NCBI GenBank assembly: GCA_964023285.1
Contig: CAXIEN010000102.1
Location: 2,871,528 to 2,935,527, forward strand
Length of the DNA: 64,000 bases
Reading direction: 5' to 3'
DNA from: Larinioides sclopetarius
Taxonomy: Eukaryota
Positions 53,943-64,000 of the stretch are shown here, piece after piece. The notes under the pieces are model-generated. The model was given only the letters and a program-made list of their open reading frames with translations. It searched no databases and was not told where the DNA came from. The stretch's first letter is position 1; every line of letters begins with the position of its first letter. The translations under genes were made by a program, and so were the position numbers.

Positions 53943-54517
53943 ATTCTTTCACCCATAAATTCGTAACGGAGAAGAAAAAAAGTGTTATTTATAAGTATTG
54001 CATTTATTTGCATGTAAAATTATCACATTGAAAACTCCGAATTGTTCAATATTTATTTTTAAAAATTCCCGCTACTAAAGTAGTATACAGTGTACAGAGT
54101 TCAAAAGAAAGTTTATCCATATTCCATATTCCCTCACAAACAAAGAAAATGTTTTGATACCAAAAAGAATTAAATGCAATTTTTAATGAACCTTAATATG
54201 TGTACATCTTAATGAAATTTTAATTCGTTATTCCTAACAATTAGAAAATAATGTAGAAAATTTCATAGAATACAAGTAGATCAAAAATTTCAAGTTAAAG
54301 TTGAAACATGGAATTCATCCCCATCAATGAACAATGCAAAAATGCATGCTACAGTTAGATTTGAACCACAGTGAAAACTAGTTTCTACTACATTAACTCT
54401 ATTAACAAATTTTTGAAAGCACGAGGTGCATCTTAGTAACAGAAAAGGACTGATATGTCTTGAATTATGTTACGATATAGAATATATTGACAATATGCTA
54501 TGCTTTTGCAATCGAGT

Positions 54518-54830
54518 GTCATCTAAAAGCTTATCCACACCACATCCACCGATAGATCTGCCGTTAACATCTTCCGTCTTGCTAAGTTCTAGATTCTTAC
54601 CTTTTCAGACTTATTTCTTTCCATATTTGTATCAAAATGAGATTATGTTCTATAATTGAATTTCAAATCATAAAGCCAAACCGGATTTCAATGATAAAAC
54701 GTTTTTAGCTTTCCTCTAAATAATTCAACGTACTTAACGTTACGGAGAGAACACTTAATAGATCTGCAGAAGGGACGAAATTTCGTTTAGAGCGGCCATT
54801 TTGTACCAATCGCGTGACCGTGAATTGACT
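54518..54830. mobile_element. 5'-truncated copy of the 362-bp MITE family
   Basis: Colinear with 57550-57877 (catctaaaagcttatccacaccacatccaccgat..ccattttgtaccaatcgcgtgaccgtgaattgact). Left TIR absent. Confidence 0.6.
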
Positions 54831-54836
54831 CCATTA

Positions 54837-55131
54837 GAGATGTAACGAATAGTGATTTGGCCAAATATTCGGTCAAAAATTAGACCGAATATCTAATTTT
54901 TAAAAACACTACACTTTGATGATAAATCAAATATTACTCAGATTTTAAATAATAAAATTGTTCTTCTTATTATTTATTTTAATACATATTAACACTTCGA
55001 TAAATTTTTAGAAATATATTTAAATAATTACAATTGTTAGAATAAGATAATGTGTCTTCACAAATCTAAATAGATTATATGATAATATAATTATATTATT
55101 TATTAAGATCTGTGAAAGCCTTTTTTATATA

Positions 55132-55221
<90 letters not shown>

Positions 55222-55919
55222 ATTATATTTTTTTAGAAAATTTATTAAGCTAAAAAATATTTTTAAGATCTTGATTGTGTCATCCTCTGAGCTTTTCCCT
55301 TAACCGTAACAAATTCTTTTTATCCAAGTCAGAATGTGAAGTCCACACTTCCTTTATAAAAATTTTTCTTCACTTCTACTTACTACCCATAAAACATCTC
55401 GTTTCTTTAACCTTTTAACTGCGTTCTCTTTTTTATAAATGTGGTTTATATGCCACCTATATAAGAAAGATGCCCCTCATTGATAGGGTTAAAATCTATT
55501 TAATAATGCTTACACTCTCCAAAAAATTGAATAAATGATAGGATTTTTTTATAAGTGTATTGAAAGGTAATTCAGAAATATTCTTAAATAAGTACATATT
55601 TTTAAAAATATAATCCTGATTTTATTCGACAGAATATCTGGTAATCATTCGGCAAGAGGAATAGATTGCTTTTGCATTATAAATGGAGGAGTACATGACC
55701 TATAAAGTTATTAAATACTTTGACTACTATGTAATATAAAACCGAGTAAATGTTGGAAAATTTAAAAGAAGAAAATGGAAAGAAATATATAATTCTGAAA
55801 CGTTATTTTATTATTTAATACTATATTTTAGAGAATTATCTTGAAAGTATTCAGTCTAATATCTGTGTAATAATCAGCCAGCCGAATAACGATTAGTTGC
55901 CGAATATTAGTTGCATTCC
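54837..55919. mobile_element. copy 3 of the GGGATGTAAC-terminus element, carrying an (AT)n tract
   Basis: Left end gagatgtaacgaatagtgatttggccaaatattcggtc. The right end cagccagccgaataacgattagttgccgaatattagttgcattcc is the reverse complement of the family's left terminus. Confidence 0.6.
55134..55219. repeat. (AT)n microsatellite
   Basis: About 43 AT units. Confidence 0.95.
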
Positions 55920-56839
55920 TATTCATAATTTTGAAATAATCTATTAATTTAATTAAATTTTGATTCCATATTAAGGAAGCCACCTTTTTTAAATTTAAGG
56001 ATAATTTATTTTAAGATTCAATAATATGTATAGTAATAATTAGTATAAAGATTAAAAGCATCCCATAATAATAGAAGTATTCCATCCAAAAAAATACGAT
56101 TAAATACTTATAATACGATTAAAAATAGAAAATAATTAAAATAAAATATTATTCTTCTCAGTCTTGCCAAAACTTGTGTTTAGAAATTAATTTAAATGCA
56201 ATTAATTAAACTTTGATTTATTAAACTCAGAAAAATTATTTTAAATTCGAATTATCTACCAGCTTTGTTGCAAATTGGATGGGAATCGTGGTTATTAAAA
56301 TTCCCTTTTTTTAATTAGGCTTTTCACTTGCTTTTGCGGAACTTTCCTTAGAAAAAGTAAATTTAAATTGTAAAGAAACCAGTTTGTTTATCGGATAAAA
56401 TGGCCAGACCTCAGTCCAGTGGTCTGCCCTATAAAACACCAAGACACAAACATTGTCATTTATTAGTATTATTAGAGATATGTAGATGTTCATTTATAAG
56501 TTCAAAATCTCATAATAAATATTTTATAGAGTTTCAGCTATTATTTAATTTTTATGATATGACATTAAGATAATATTTTTTCTTCTTCCGATATAAGTAG
56601 ACACTTTATTTCCTAAGAGAGATTTGTTCATAATTTTTCTTTTTCTTTTAGTGCCTATTGTTCAGTTGGACAATTCTTATTCTAAATGATTAATTATTAT
56701 AACTGAATTTCCTAATTAACATTTAATTACCTCTAATTAAATTTGTATATGATATTTTAAAGTTAACTAAATTAGAAAAATTTGCTTGCTCCCCCCCCCC
56801 CGTCGGAAATTTTCTGGTGCCGCCTCTGATGTCAAAGCC

Positions 56840-58200
56840 AAAGGTTTAAAAGTAATGATTTTTACAAATAGGCGATTATATACAGACTAACTGACAGTCA
56901 ACCCTCTGACGGACTTAGCCTAAAAGTTTTTAAGGAGCTACTTTTGTGATGGTGAAACTGTCTACCAAATTTTATGTGTCTCGATATTCAAGTTTTCGAG
57001 TTATAATGTTCACGTGAACGCGGAGAGACAGACTTACCGTAATTGGATTTTGTTTCAAATTTGGTAGAAATCTACTATTTATATTTTCCTACTATTTATA
57101 TAGACCATATGCTAAATTTTATCCCTCTAAAATTAATAGTTTTTAAGTGATCGTGTTTATAGATGGATGGACATAATTCTAAAATTATATTTTTCGGACT
57201 CAGGGAAATCTAAAATGTGGAGATTCGTCATAATTTCGAGTTTGAATTTTTGACGATTACAAAACTTTCTCTTTTTATAAAGTAAAAACGTAGCGAGATA
57301 GATCAGTGGTGACCAAATGACTTGCTACCCGAATATTGACTTAAAAAGTCGTTTTAAATGACGTTGATTCTTTCTTGCGCTGATTTTTACTTTCTCGTAT
57401 ATACGAAGTATACAGAGAGAAAGTATTGTCATTGTCCGAAAATTCGAACTCGAGATTTTGACTGATCTACACGTTTTAGACCTCTCTAAATCCGAAAAAT
57501 ATGATTTTGGAATAGAGTCAATTCACGGTCACGTGACCCGGACAAAATGTCCGAAGACGCGCATGTCATCTAAGAGCTTATCTGCACCACTTCCACCGAT
57601 TGGTCTGCCGTTGACATCTTCCGCCGTGCTACGTTCTAGATGCTTAACTCATCAGTCTTATTTCTTTCCATATTTGTGTCAAAATGAAAATATACTGTGT
57701 GATTGGATTTCTAATCATAAAGCCAAACCGGATTGCAATGATAAAACGTTTTTAGCTTTCCTCAAAATAATTCAACATGCTTAACGTTACGGAGAGAATT
57801 CTCAATAGATCCGCAGAAATGACGAAATTTCCTTTGGTGCGGCCATTTTGTACCAGTCACGTGACCATGAATTGACTTCATTATATCTCTATGTATGTGA
57901 ACAGCATTAGTCAAAAACTATTCTAGTAACAGGGTTGAAATTTGTTTTATGTTCTTTACACATAACTTATAGGTTTCTTTCAAATTTTGGACAAAACCTA
58001 TGCACGGGAAGCCTGCCTGTCAGTTTTAAGTTGGGCGCAATAACTCATGGACTTAAATAGCTGGTGGATAAAATTTGGTACACATTTTTATTATCATAAA
58101 TGTAGATCCATATAAAATTTTGTGTCAAATCCGTCAAAGGGTTGACTGTCTATCCGTCTGTATATTCGCATATTTGTAAAAATTATAACTCTTAAAATAT
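56840..58200. mobile_element. foldback-like composite element with about 450-bp inverted arms, containing a nested MITE
   Basis: Left end tttacaaataggcgattatatacagactaactgacagtcaaccctctgacgga. The reverse complement of the right end reads tttacaaatatgcgaatatacagacggatagacagtcaaccctttgacgga. The inner ends of both arms carry the hairpin/TAAAAA module (57220-57300 and inverted at 57400-57470). Confidence 0.55.
57516..57877. mobile_element. 362-bp MITE with about 35-bp TIRs (AGTCAATTCACGGTCACGTGAC..), nested in the foldback element
   Basis: Left end agtcaattcacggtcacgtgacccggacaaaatg. The right end ccattttgtaccagtcacgtgaccatgaattgact is the reverse complement of agtcaattcatggtcacgtgactggtacaaaatgg. 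No ORF. Confidence 0.7.
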
Positions 58201-59707
58201 AGCTTAGATAAATAAAATTTGGTTCGATGTATTATAATATTAATCGTATAGCCGTGGCTAATTTTCAATTCAATTGTGTTAATAAATGACATTTAAATTA
58301 TATATTCAGTTTTATAACTATTGTAGCTCTAAGCACATGCGTAATGAGAGCAATTTTTGTGCAGTGGCTTCCTGATGAAAAATTCTTATTCCCTCTTTTT
58401 CTTCCATTTTAGTTTCTTTTTCTCCCTTTGGAAAATTCTGAACATACTTGGATTATTTAGCTTTATTTTGTTGTTTATACGCATAGGTACAAGTGGGTTT
58501 CTGGTTAAAGAGCAGATTACTTTTGAATTTTTATCCTGTTTATAATTATTATAGTTGGTTTGAATCTTTTTTTCCATCTTCGTTTGAGGATGGGAAACGG
58601 CATAATTTTGGGATAGTATATGAGAATGTTTCTGGGAGACAACTTTCACTGATTTTATAAATTTATTTTTAAAATGGTAAAAGAGAAAAAGATAATCGAG
58701 GTTATTGGAAAAATGAAGAATAAAAATTATCTTATTTTGAATTTAAACAATGTTTCCAAACAGATGCTGGCTAGCTGATTTTCTATTTCACCATTGCTCC
58801 TTTTGAAAATTTATTGTATCATCTCTAGTGACAGCTCACTCGCTTATTAAAAAACAGTGCTCCCAGAGACCTCTGTTGGAGGAAATTTTGCTCTGTTTAT
58901 TTTATGTAATAATAGTTTACTACAAATTGATAGTTTTGAGGTACAAACAAAAAATTTGGGAAAATTTTTTATGTTTTTTTTTAAAACTATAACATAACAA
59001 AACTCCAGTAAAAAATACTGGTCAAAAACATCAGATTTGTAACCAGCACCCACCGTAAAAAAAGGCCTTTTCCAGAATTGGATTTTTAAAAAAAATGTAC
59101 TTAACGTGGTCGTTAAAAATGTTTTTCTAGTTGATATCCATCACTAGATGTCGTTGATCGCAACTCGGTGAGATTGATTTGCTTACGTTTATGGTAACCC
59201 TGCCTTGCCTGGGCGGAGAAAAAAAAATGCTTTGCGCATGCGCTCTTACTGAATCTGAGAAAAATTTATCTGTCCCATCACCTCGATTATCTGTCCTGAA
59301 CGCGCGTTTCAGATATCATCGAAGCATACGGGTGAGTAGAATATGGGCATTGAGTGTGTGTGGGAGAGGGGGCGTCAAGGTCACATGTTGAATTGGATCT
59401 CCTCCAGCACATAGTAACATGTTTTCTTTTCGTTAACAAAAGTTAATAATAGTGGGGAGATTCGGCAATTTATTTTTTTGCGTCAGAAGCTTTATTTTAA
59501 ATTTTATTTATCAAAATAATGTCATAGAGCTGGGATAGTAGATAGAGAGATTGCAACCCTATTCAGCGCGATGACAAAATAAAATCAAGTGACTTGTGGA
59601 CAGAATTGGTGTTCACTGCAACCGTATTCTTCTTCCTCCATTGCTGATCTATGGCATCTAGTTCGCTGATTATGACTGTGTAAGTTTAAAACCTGTTAAA
59701 ATCATAG

Positions 59708-59778
59708 GGCATTATTGTTGTGCGTTTGGATGCAAAGAAGAAGTTTCTAAGGATTGCAAGGTGTCGTTTCACAAGAAG
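59708..59778 (+). CDS. candidate exon encoding the N-terminal half of a THAP zinc-finger domain (..HYCCAFGCKEEVSKDCKVSFHKK)
   Basis: Acceptor atcatag|GG. The translation CCAFGC-x9-CKVSFHK matches the THAP C-x2-4-C .. SFH(K/R)FP pattern. Donor AAG|gtacaa. A possible upstream exon ends at 59679 (ctATGGCATCTAGTTCGCTGATTATGACTGT|gtaagt), but its phase does not join cleanly. Confidence 0.35.
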
Positions 59779-60166
59779 GTACAATAAACATATTCTATTT
59801 ATAAACATTTAGAATCAATTTATAATTCCGTACCTTCGAATACTCGGGGATTTTTATATTATAATTGAATAGTATTTCATAATTTGCTTTAGTTATTGCA
59901 TTTAATTTAGTAAACTGGTTATTAAGCATCGTTTTAACTGATGTAACTGCAGTATATTTTCTTACTTGCTTTATTTTAAACTTGAATATGTTATCCGTAT
60001 TTGGCGTGACTTTTTCTCGCCAATGTAAGTGTACATAATAAACATTACTGACAAATTTTTCTTTAATGGAAGTTATTTGAACACTAAATCTTTATTATTT
60101 CATATATGTCTTTTTCCTCGTTATTATTTTAATTGTGACCTTATGAACTTCAATATCATCATTATA

Positions 60167-61674
60167 CACTCATGTCCATAAATTAAGGATAAGTCAGAAT
60201 CACACAGAAATTGAACTCTAAAATAAAAATTTCACCTGTAGAATTATCACACACATCTTGAAGAAGAATATGCAAATTACAGGAAACCACCAGATGGCGC
60301 GGATAGTACGTCACAATGACGAGAGTGTAAGAGAGGGGTATATAAGGAATGGTGGCAAAGAAGTAAAATTGTTCACAAGCGCTTTAAAAGCCTTTTAGTG
60401 CAATAACCGCATAGTTATGGCACAAAGGAAGCATTTGGATGATTTTTTACGTGGTAAAATTATCGGACGACTGGAATGTGGACGTACCCAGCTGGAAGTA
60501 TCCGAGGAATTTGGAATCGCCCAGAGTGTCATCTCCAGGCTTTGGCAACGATTCCAAGATGATGGTAATGTGAGTAGATGTTACAGCACAGGTCAGACCC
60601 GAGTTACAAAGCCGAATGAGGACCGGTATTTGGCAGTTACTGCCAAAAGAAACAGACGGAGCACAGCATCAGACCTGTCTCGTCAGCTCTCTTCAGCTAC
60701 CGGTACGACAGTTTCAAGGCAGACCGTGTACAGACGCTTAGGGCACATTGGTCTAAATGCTCGTAGGCCTGTCAGATGTGTTCCACTCACCGCAACTCAC
60801 TGTCGCCTGCGATTAGCCTGGAGTAGAGAGCATGCATTGGGGACACCGCAACAGTGGTCTTGTGTGATGCTTTCCGACGAGTCCAGGTTTAGTTTGCAGT
60901 CTGATTCTCGCCAGACTTTCATATGGAGAGCTCCAGGTACCCGTTACCACCAAGAGAACACCATTGAACGACACCGTTATGGTGGTGCAGGATGGCTCGT
61001 TTGGGGAGGAATTATTCTTGGTTCCAGAACTGACCTGCATGTTCAGAGTGTAACGATGACAGGCCACATCTATCGGGATGTCATTCTGGAACAATATGTA
61101 CCTTTGTTTCGGGGCGCCATGGGTGCTGAATTTCTGTTTATAGATGACAACACCCGTCCTCACCGTGCAAACATTGTAGACGAATGCCTTCAATCGGAGG
61201 ATATCACCCGTATGGATTGGCCAGCATACTCACCGGACTTGAATCCAATAGAGCATGTGTGGGATATGCTTGGCCGACGAATTGCAGACCGTCAACCCCC
61301 TCCCACCTGTCTACCGGAACTTCAGAGGGCATTGCTTGATGATTGGTGTAATATTCCCCAAGATCAGATTGATAATTTGATACTCAGCATGCCTAGGGTT
61401 GTAAGGCCTGTATTGCATCGTCCGTCCGGGAGACATACTCCGTATTAACCATCATACTAACCATGTTATACTGTTTTTTGTAAATAGGTTCTTTTTTGAA
61501 ATTTGCTCCAGGGAGTAAAAATCGCAATTTTTATTAATTATGTCAAACATATAGCATCTTTTTGGCTCTTTACCTTTTGTTTAATAAATAGACTTTACAA
61601 ATAAGTCAAATTTGTTTTGCTTCTGTCTCTTTCTTTGCCTGAACTTCATTATCCTGAATTTATGGACATGAGTG
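60167..61674 (+). mobile_element. complete Tc1-family (DD34E) DNA transposon with TA target-site duplication
   Basis: TIRs: cactcatgtccataaattaaggataa at 60167 and ttatcctgaatttatggacatgagtg ending at 61674, 25 of 26 matching. Flanked by TA at 60165-60166 and 61675-61676. Contains an intact transposase ORF. Confidence 0.9.
60417..61448 (+). CDS. Tc1-like transposase, 343 aa, uninterrupted
   Basis: N-terminal paired-like helix-turn-helix (GRLECGRTQLEVSEEFGIAQSVISRLWQRF). Catalytic D in VMLSDESRF and D in FIDDNTRPHRA. Then 34 residues to the E in WPAYSPDLNPIEHVWD, giving DD34E. No internal stops. Confidence 0.9.
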   Translation: MAQRKHLDDFLRGKIIGRLECGRTQLEVSEEFGIAQSVISRLWQRFQDDGNVSRCYSTGQTRVTKPNEDRYLAVTAKRNRRSTASDLSRQLSSATGTTVSRQTVYRRLGHIGLNARRPVRCVPLTATHCRLRLAWSREHALGTPQQWSCVMLSDESRFSLQSDSRQTFIWRAPGTRYHQENTIERHRYGGAGWLVWGGIILGSRTDLHVQSVTMTGHIYRDVILEQYVPLFRGAMGAEFLFIDDNTRPHRANIVDECLQSEDITRMDWPAYSPDLNPIEHVWDMLGRRIADRQPPPTCLPELQRALLDDWCNIPQDQIDNLILSMPRVVRPVLHRPSGRHTPY

Positions 61675-64000
61675 TAAATGAAATAGTGCATTTGAAAACA
61701 AATGCATGCGCAATTAAGAATTATGTTTGATAAAATTTTATAAAAAAGTTTAAGTGAAAATAACATGTTTTTCAATATATTTCAATTACCTACTGAAAAG
61801 ATCTAAAAAGAAACTTAAGATTTAAAAGAAATTTTCAAAAATTATTATAATGGACAGCTTTTTGATACTTAAGAATAAATAATTAAGGTTACAATGATTA
61901 AAGTCCTCTAAAAATAATTAAGTTATCTCTGGTCACAATTCTTAGAAAGAAATATAAAATTTTTATATTAAAGTATTACTGGTACATCGTATTGTTCTAA
62001 GAAACAATTAATAGATTATGCTTAAATTTACACAAATTTTAATTTAAAAAAAAACAAGAATATCTAATGAGAAAATCACACAATGTCTATATATCCCCAT
62101 TTTTAAATTCCATGCTTACTTCAAATGATATGAATGCATGACATTAGCACATAACATGAAAAGCATTAACATATCAGTACATATTCTTCGAAACAAAAGT
62201 CTATTAGCTCCGTTTTATGTGTTCTTAAAAATGTCACGTATTTAAAATAATACCAATAACATTTTAACTTGTAAAGTTAAACTACTTTTTCTACGTAAAT
62301 AAGAAAATTAAAATGATTTCTTAAGAAAAAACTACTCTAAATATTTGCAGAAGAACGGAATTAAATATGATTTCGATCACCAGTCTGATATCGGTGTTAT
62401 GAGAGAAAGGCATTTTTAATCCAGTGTTAATTTGATTAAAGCAATTTGTAGTAAAAGTCCTTAAGCTAATAACTATTATATGCACGTTTCTATTCCGAAA
62501 GTTGATAATTTCGTTTCTGGCAGAAAGTTGTATTCTTCCATTATAGTTTATTCATTCTTGCGTGTCCTTAAATTGTGAAAAGACTATACTAACGAATTTT
62601 GAAACACATAAATTTCGGGAATAGATATTTTTATTCCTCAGCTGAACAGGAAGTAAAAAAAAATAATAATAACTGAAAATAGCATTCTCAGTATACAAAA
62701 TGATTAACGTTTTCCGAATAGTAGATGTAGTCAAATAATATTCTTACAACAAGTTGCAAGCCAAGTCCACCCTAAAAAAGTTACAGTGCGAAAGTTTTGC
62801 GCGCTCTGCAGACTCGTGATATTTCGCCAAAAAGGTGTCCCAGCTCTTACCCAACCCGCAAGTCACGTGAGTAATTTTGGGTCCACTGCTTTCGAGGAGA
62901 AATATAGAACTGACTTCCTCTATTTATCCCAACTCTATGAATAATGTTTTTGAAACTGGAACTATGAAACATTCATTTTGGAAAATTGATCCTAAAATGT
63001 TTTTATTTCTAAAATTGAATACGTTTTTCTTTTCTTTTTTAATTAATTGATTACTTACATGTTATCTAAAATGTTATATAATGTTTTTTATTCAACATCT
63101 TTTTGAAGAATTAATGCAATGGTAATTTATAAATATTTTACTTAACAATAATAGTAACGGTCATTTATTACTGATCAAAAACAATAAAAAACTTTAAGAC
63201 AGCAAAATTTTTGTCACCAAAGTTAAAGCGTTCAGATATTGCTTTTTTTTTACAACTTTGGTAATATTAAACAACAAATATCGCATTTTTCAGAACAGGA
63301 AGCTACAACCGTCTTGTACGACATTGTATGAAAACTTCTTTGATTTATGAAATACATTCCTTTGAATTATGCCTTGTGTCTGTCCCTTTTTGTTCAGAGA
63401 ACACAATTAGTCAAAAATGAAATGACAAGATGAATGAAATGAAAGATTTGGTTTTGTTACCAAAATTATAGATCAGCATATAATTTTGGATTTTGTCCAT
63501 CAAACGGAAAGGGTAAAAAATATACTAATGAACTAATACAATGTGTTACTAAAGAATTGAATACAAAATGCATGGGTTATAAAAGGGTACAAGAAATTCG
63601 AGAAGGGAACACTCACATTTTTTAAAAAAAAATTTCAGCTATAAAGTGCATGGGGAAATGCCGAACAACATCTTGAATATACAAAATAATTATTAAATCA
63701 TTACTAAAAATAAAGGAGGTAGTCTTTGTGTATATTGGCGCTCTACGGGACCAAAGGATTGAGAGCCACAAAATGTGGAATAAGCATATTTTGGAATTAG
63801 GGATTACGTACCTAAGAGCCCTTTTTGTGAAATTTTAAGTAATTAAAAAGTAAGTGAACATAGCGCTTTTCCTTAATAACTTTCGACTTATCGATATATT
63901 CCGATTTACTTCCAATATTAATAACTATATAACTCTTTTCTGCTTACACATATTTATACTTATTTATTCCATATTTCCTAAGGGTTTATGCACTGTCAGT

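Noticed and set aside
57296-57340. tRNA-like D-loop string tagatcagtggtgacc
   Set aside because: There is no matching T-arm (GGTTCGA) and no cloverleaf. It lies at the hairpin module of a repeat arm. At most it is a degenerate tRNA-derived SINE head, not a tRNA gene.
60813-61193. 126-aa minus-strand ORF inside the Tc1 element
   Set aside because: It is antisense to the intact transposase ORF and has no motifs. It is an artefact of the long sense ORF.
1-64000. Expectation of a novel prokaryotic-type system (operon, CRISPR, defence island)
   Set aside because: The sequence is eukaryotic. It has a spliced ribosomal-protein gene and Tc1, hAT, Helitron and MITE elements with animal-type TSDs. 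It is about 70% AT with no dense same-strand gene packing, so no such system can be supported.

Overview
This window is eukaryotic genomic DNA, probably arthropod. It is about 70% AT, has spliceosomal introns with AG/GT boundaries, and carries nested DNA transposons of animal type. No prokaryotic-style system such as an operon, CRISPR array or defence island is present.

One host gene is clear: ribosomal protein L23a (uL23) on the minus strand. Three coding exons are recovered at 46946-47264, 44820-44996 and 42587-42656. They encode the conserved N-terminal A/K/P-rich region, then the segment ending in TLIR, then [23 protein letters not shown]. Its introns carry MITE insertions, one of which ends 4 nt from a 5' splice site. 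A THAP-like zinc-finger exon lies at 59708-59778.

The rest of the window is a graveyard of transposable elements:
- An apparently intact Tc1-family element (60167-61674) with a 343-aa DD34E transposase, about 26-bp terminal inverted repeats and a TA target-site duplication.
- A 3.4-kb Helitron remnant (27553-30974, minus). It has a frameshifted Pif1-like helicase and a canonical 3' end (hairpin, then CTAG, then T). It inserted into the A|T of a 27-29-bp minisatellite, and the empty site can be reconstructed exactly.
- Three non-autonomous hAT-like elements with 8-bp target-site duplications (14070-16705, 35563-37850, 49826-53942).
- Two MITE families with CAGGG termini and 5-bp target-site duplications.
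- A GGGATGTAAC-terminus family with three copies, possibly Mutator-like.
- A 362-bp MITE in two copies.
- A long-TIR foldback composite element (about 56840-58200).
- A pogo/Tigger-like transposase relic (about 6400-7330).
- Several microsatellites.

Most ORFs in the supplied track are chance ORFs in AT-rich sequence. All coordinates are from manual reading and may be off by a few bases.
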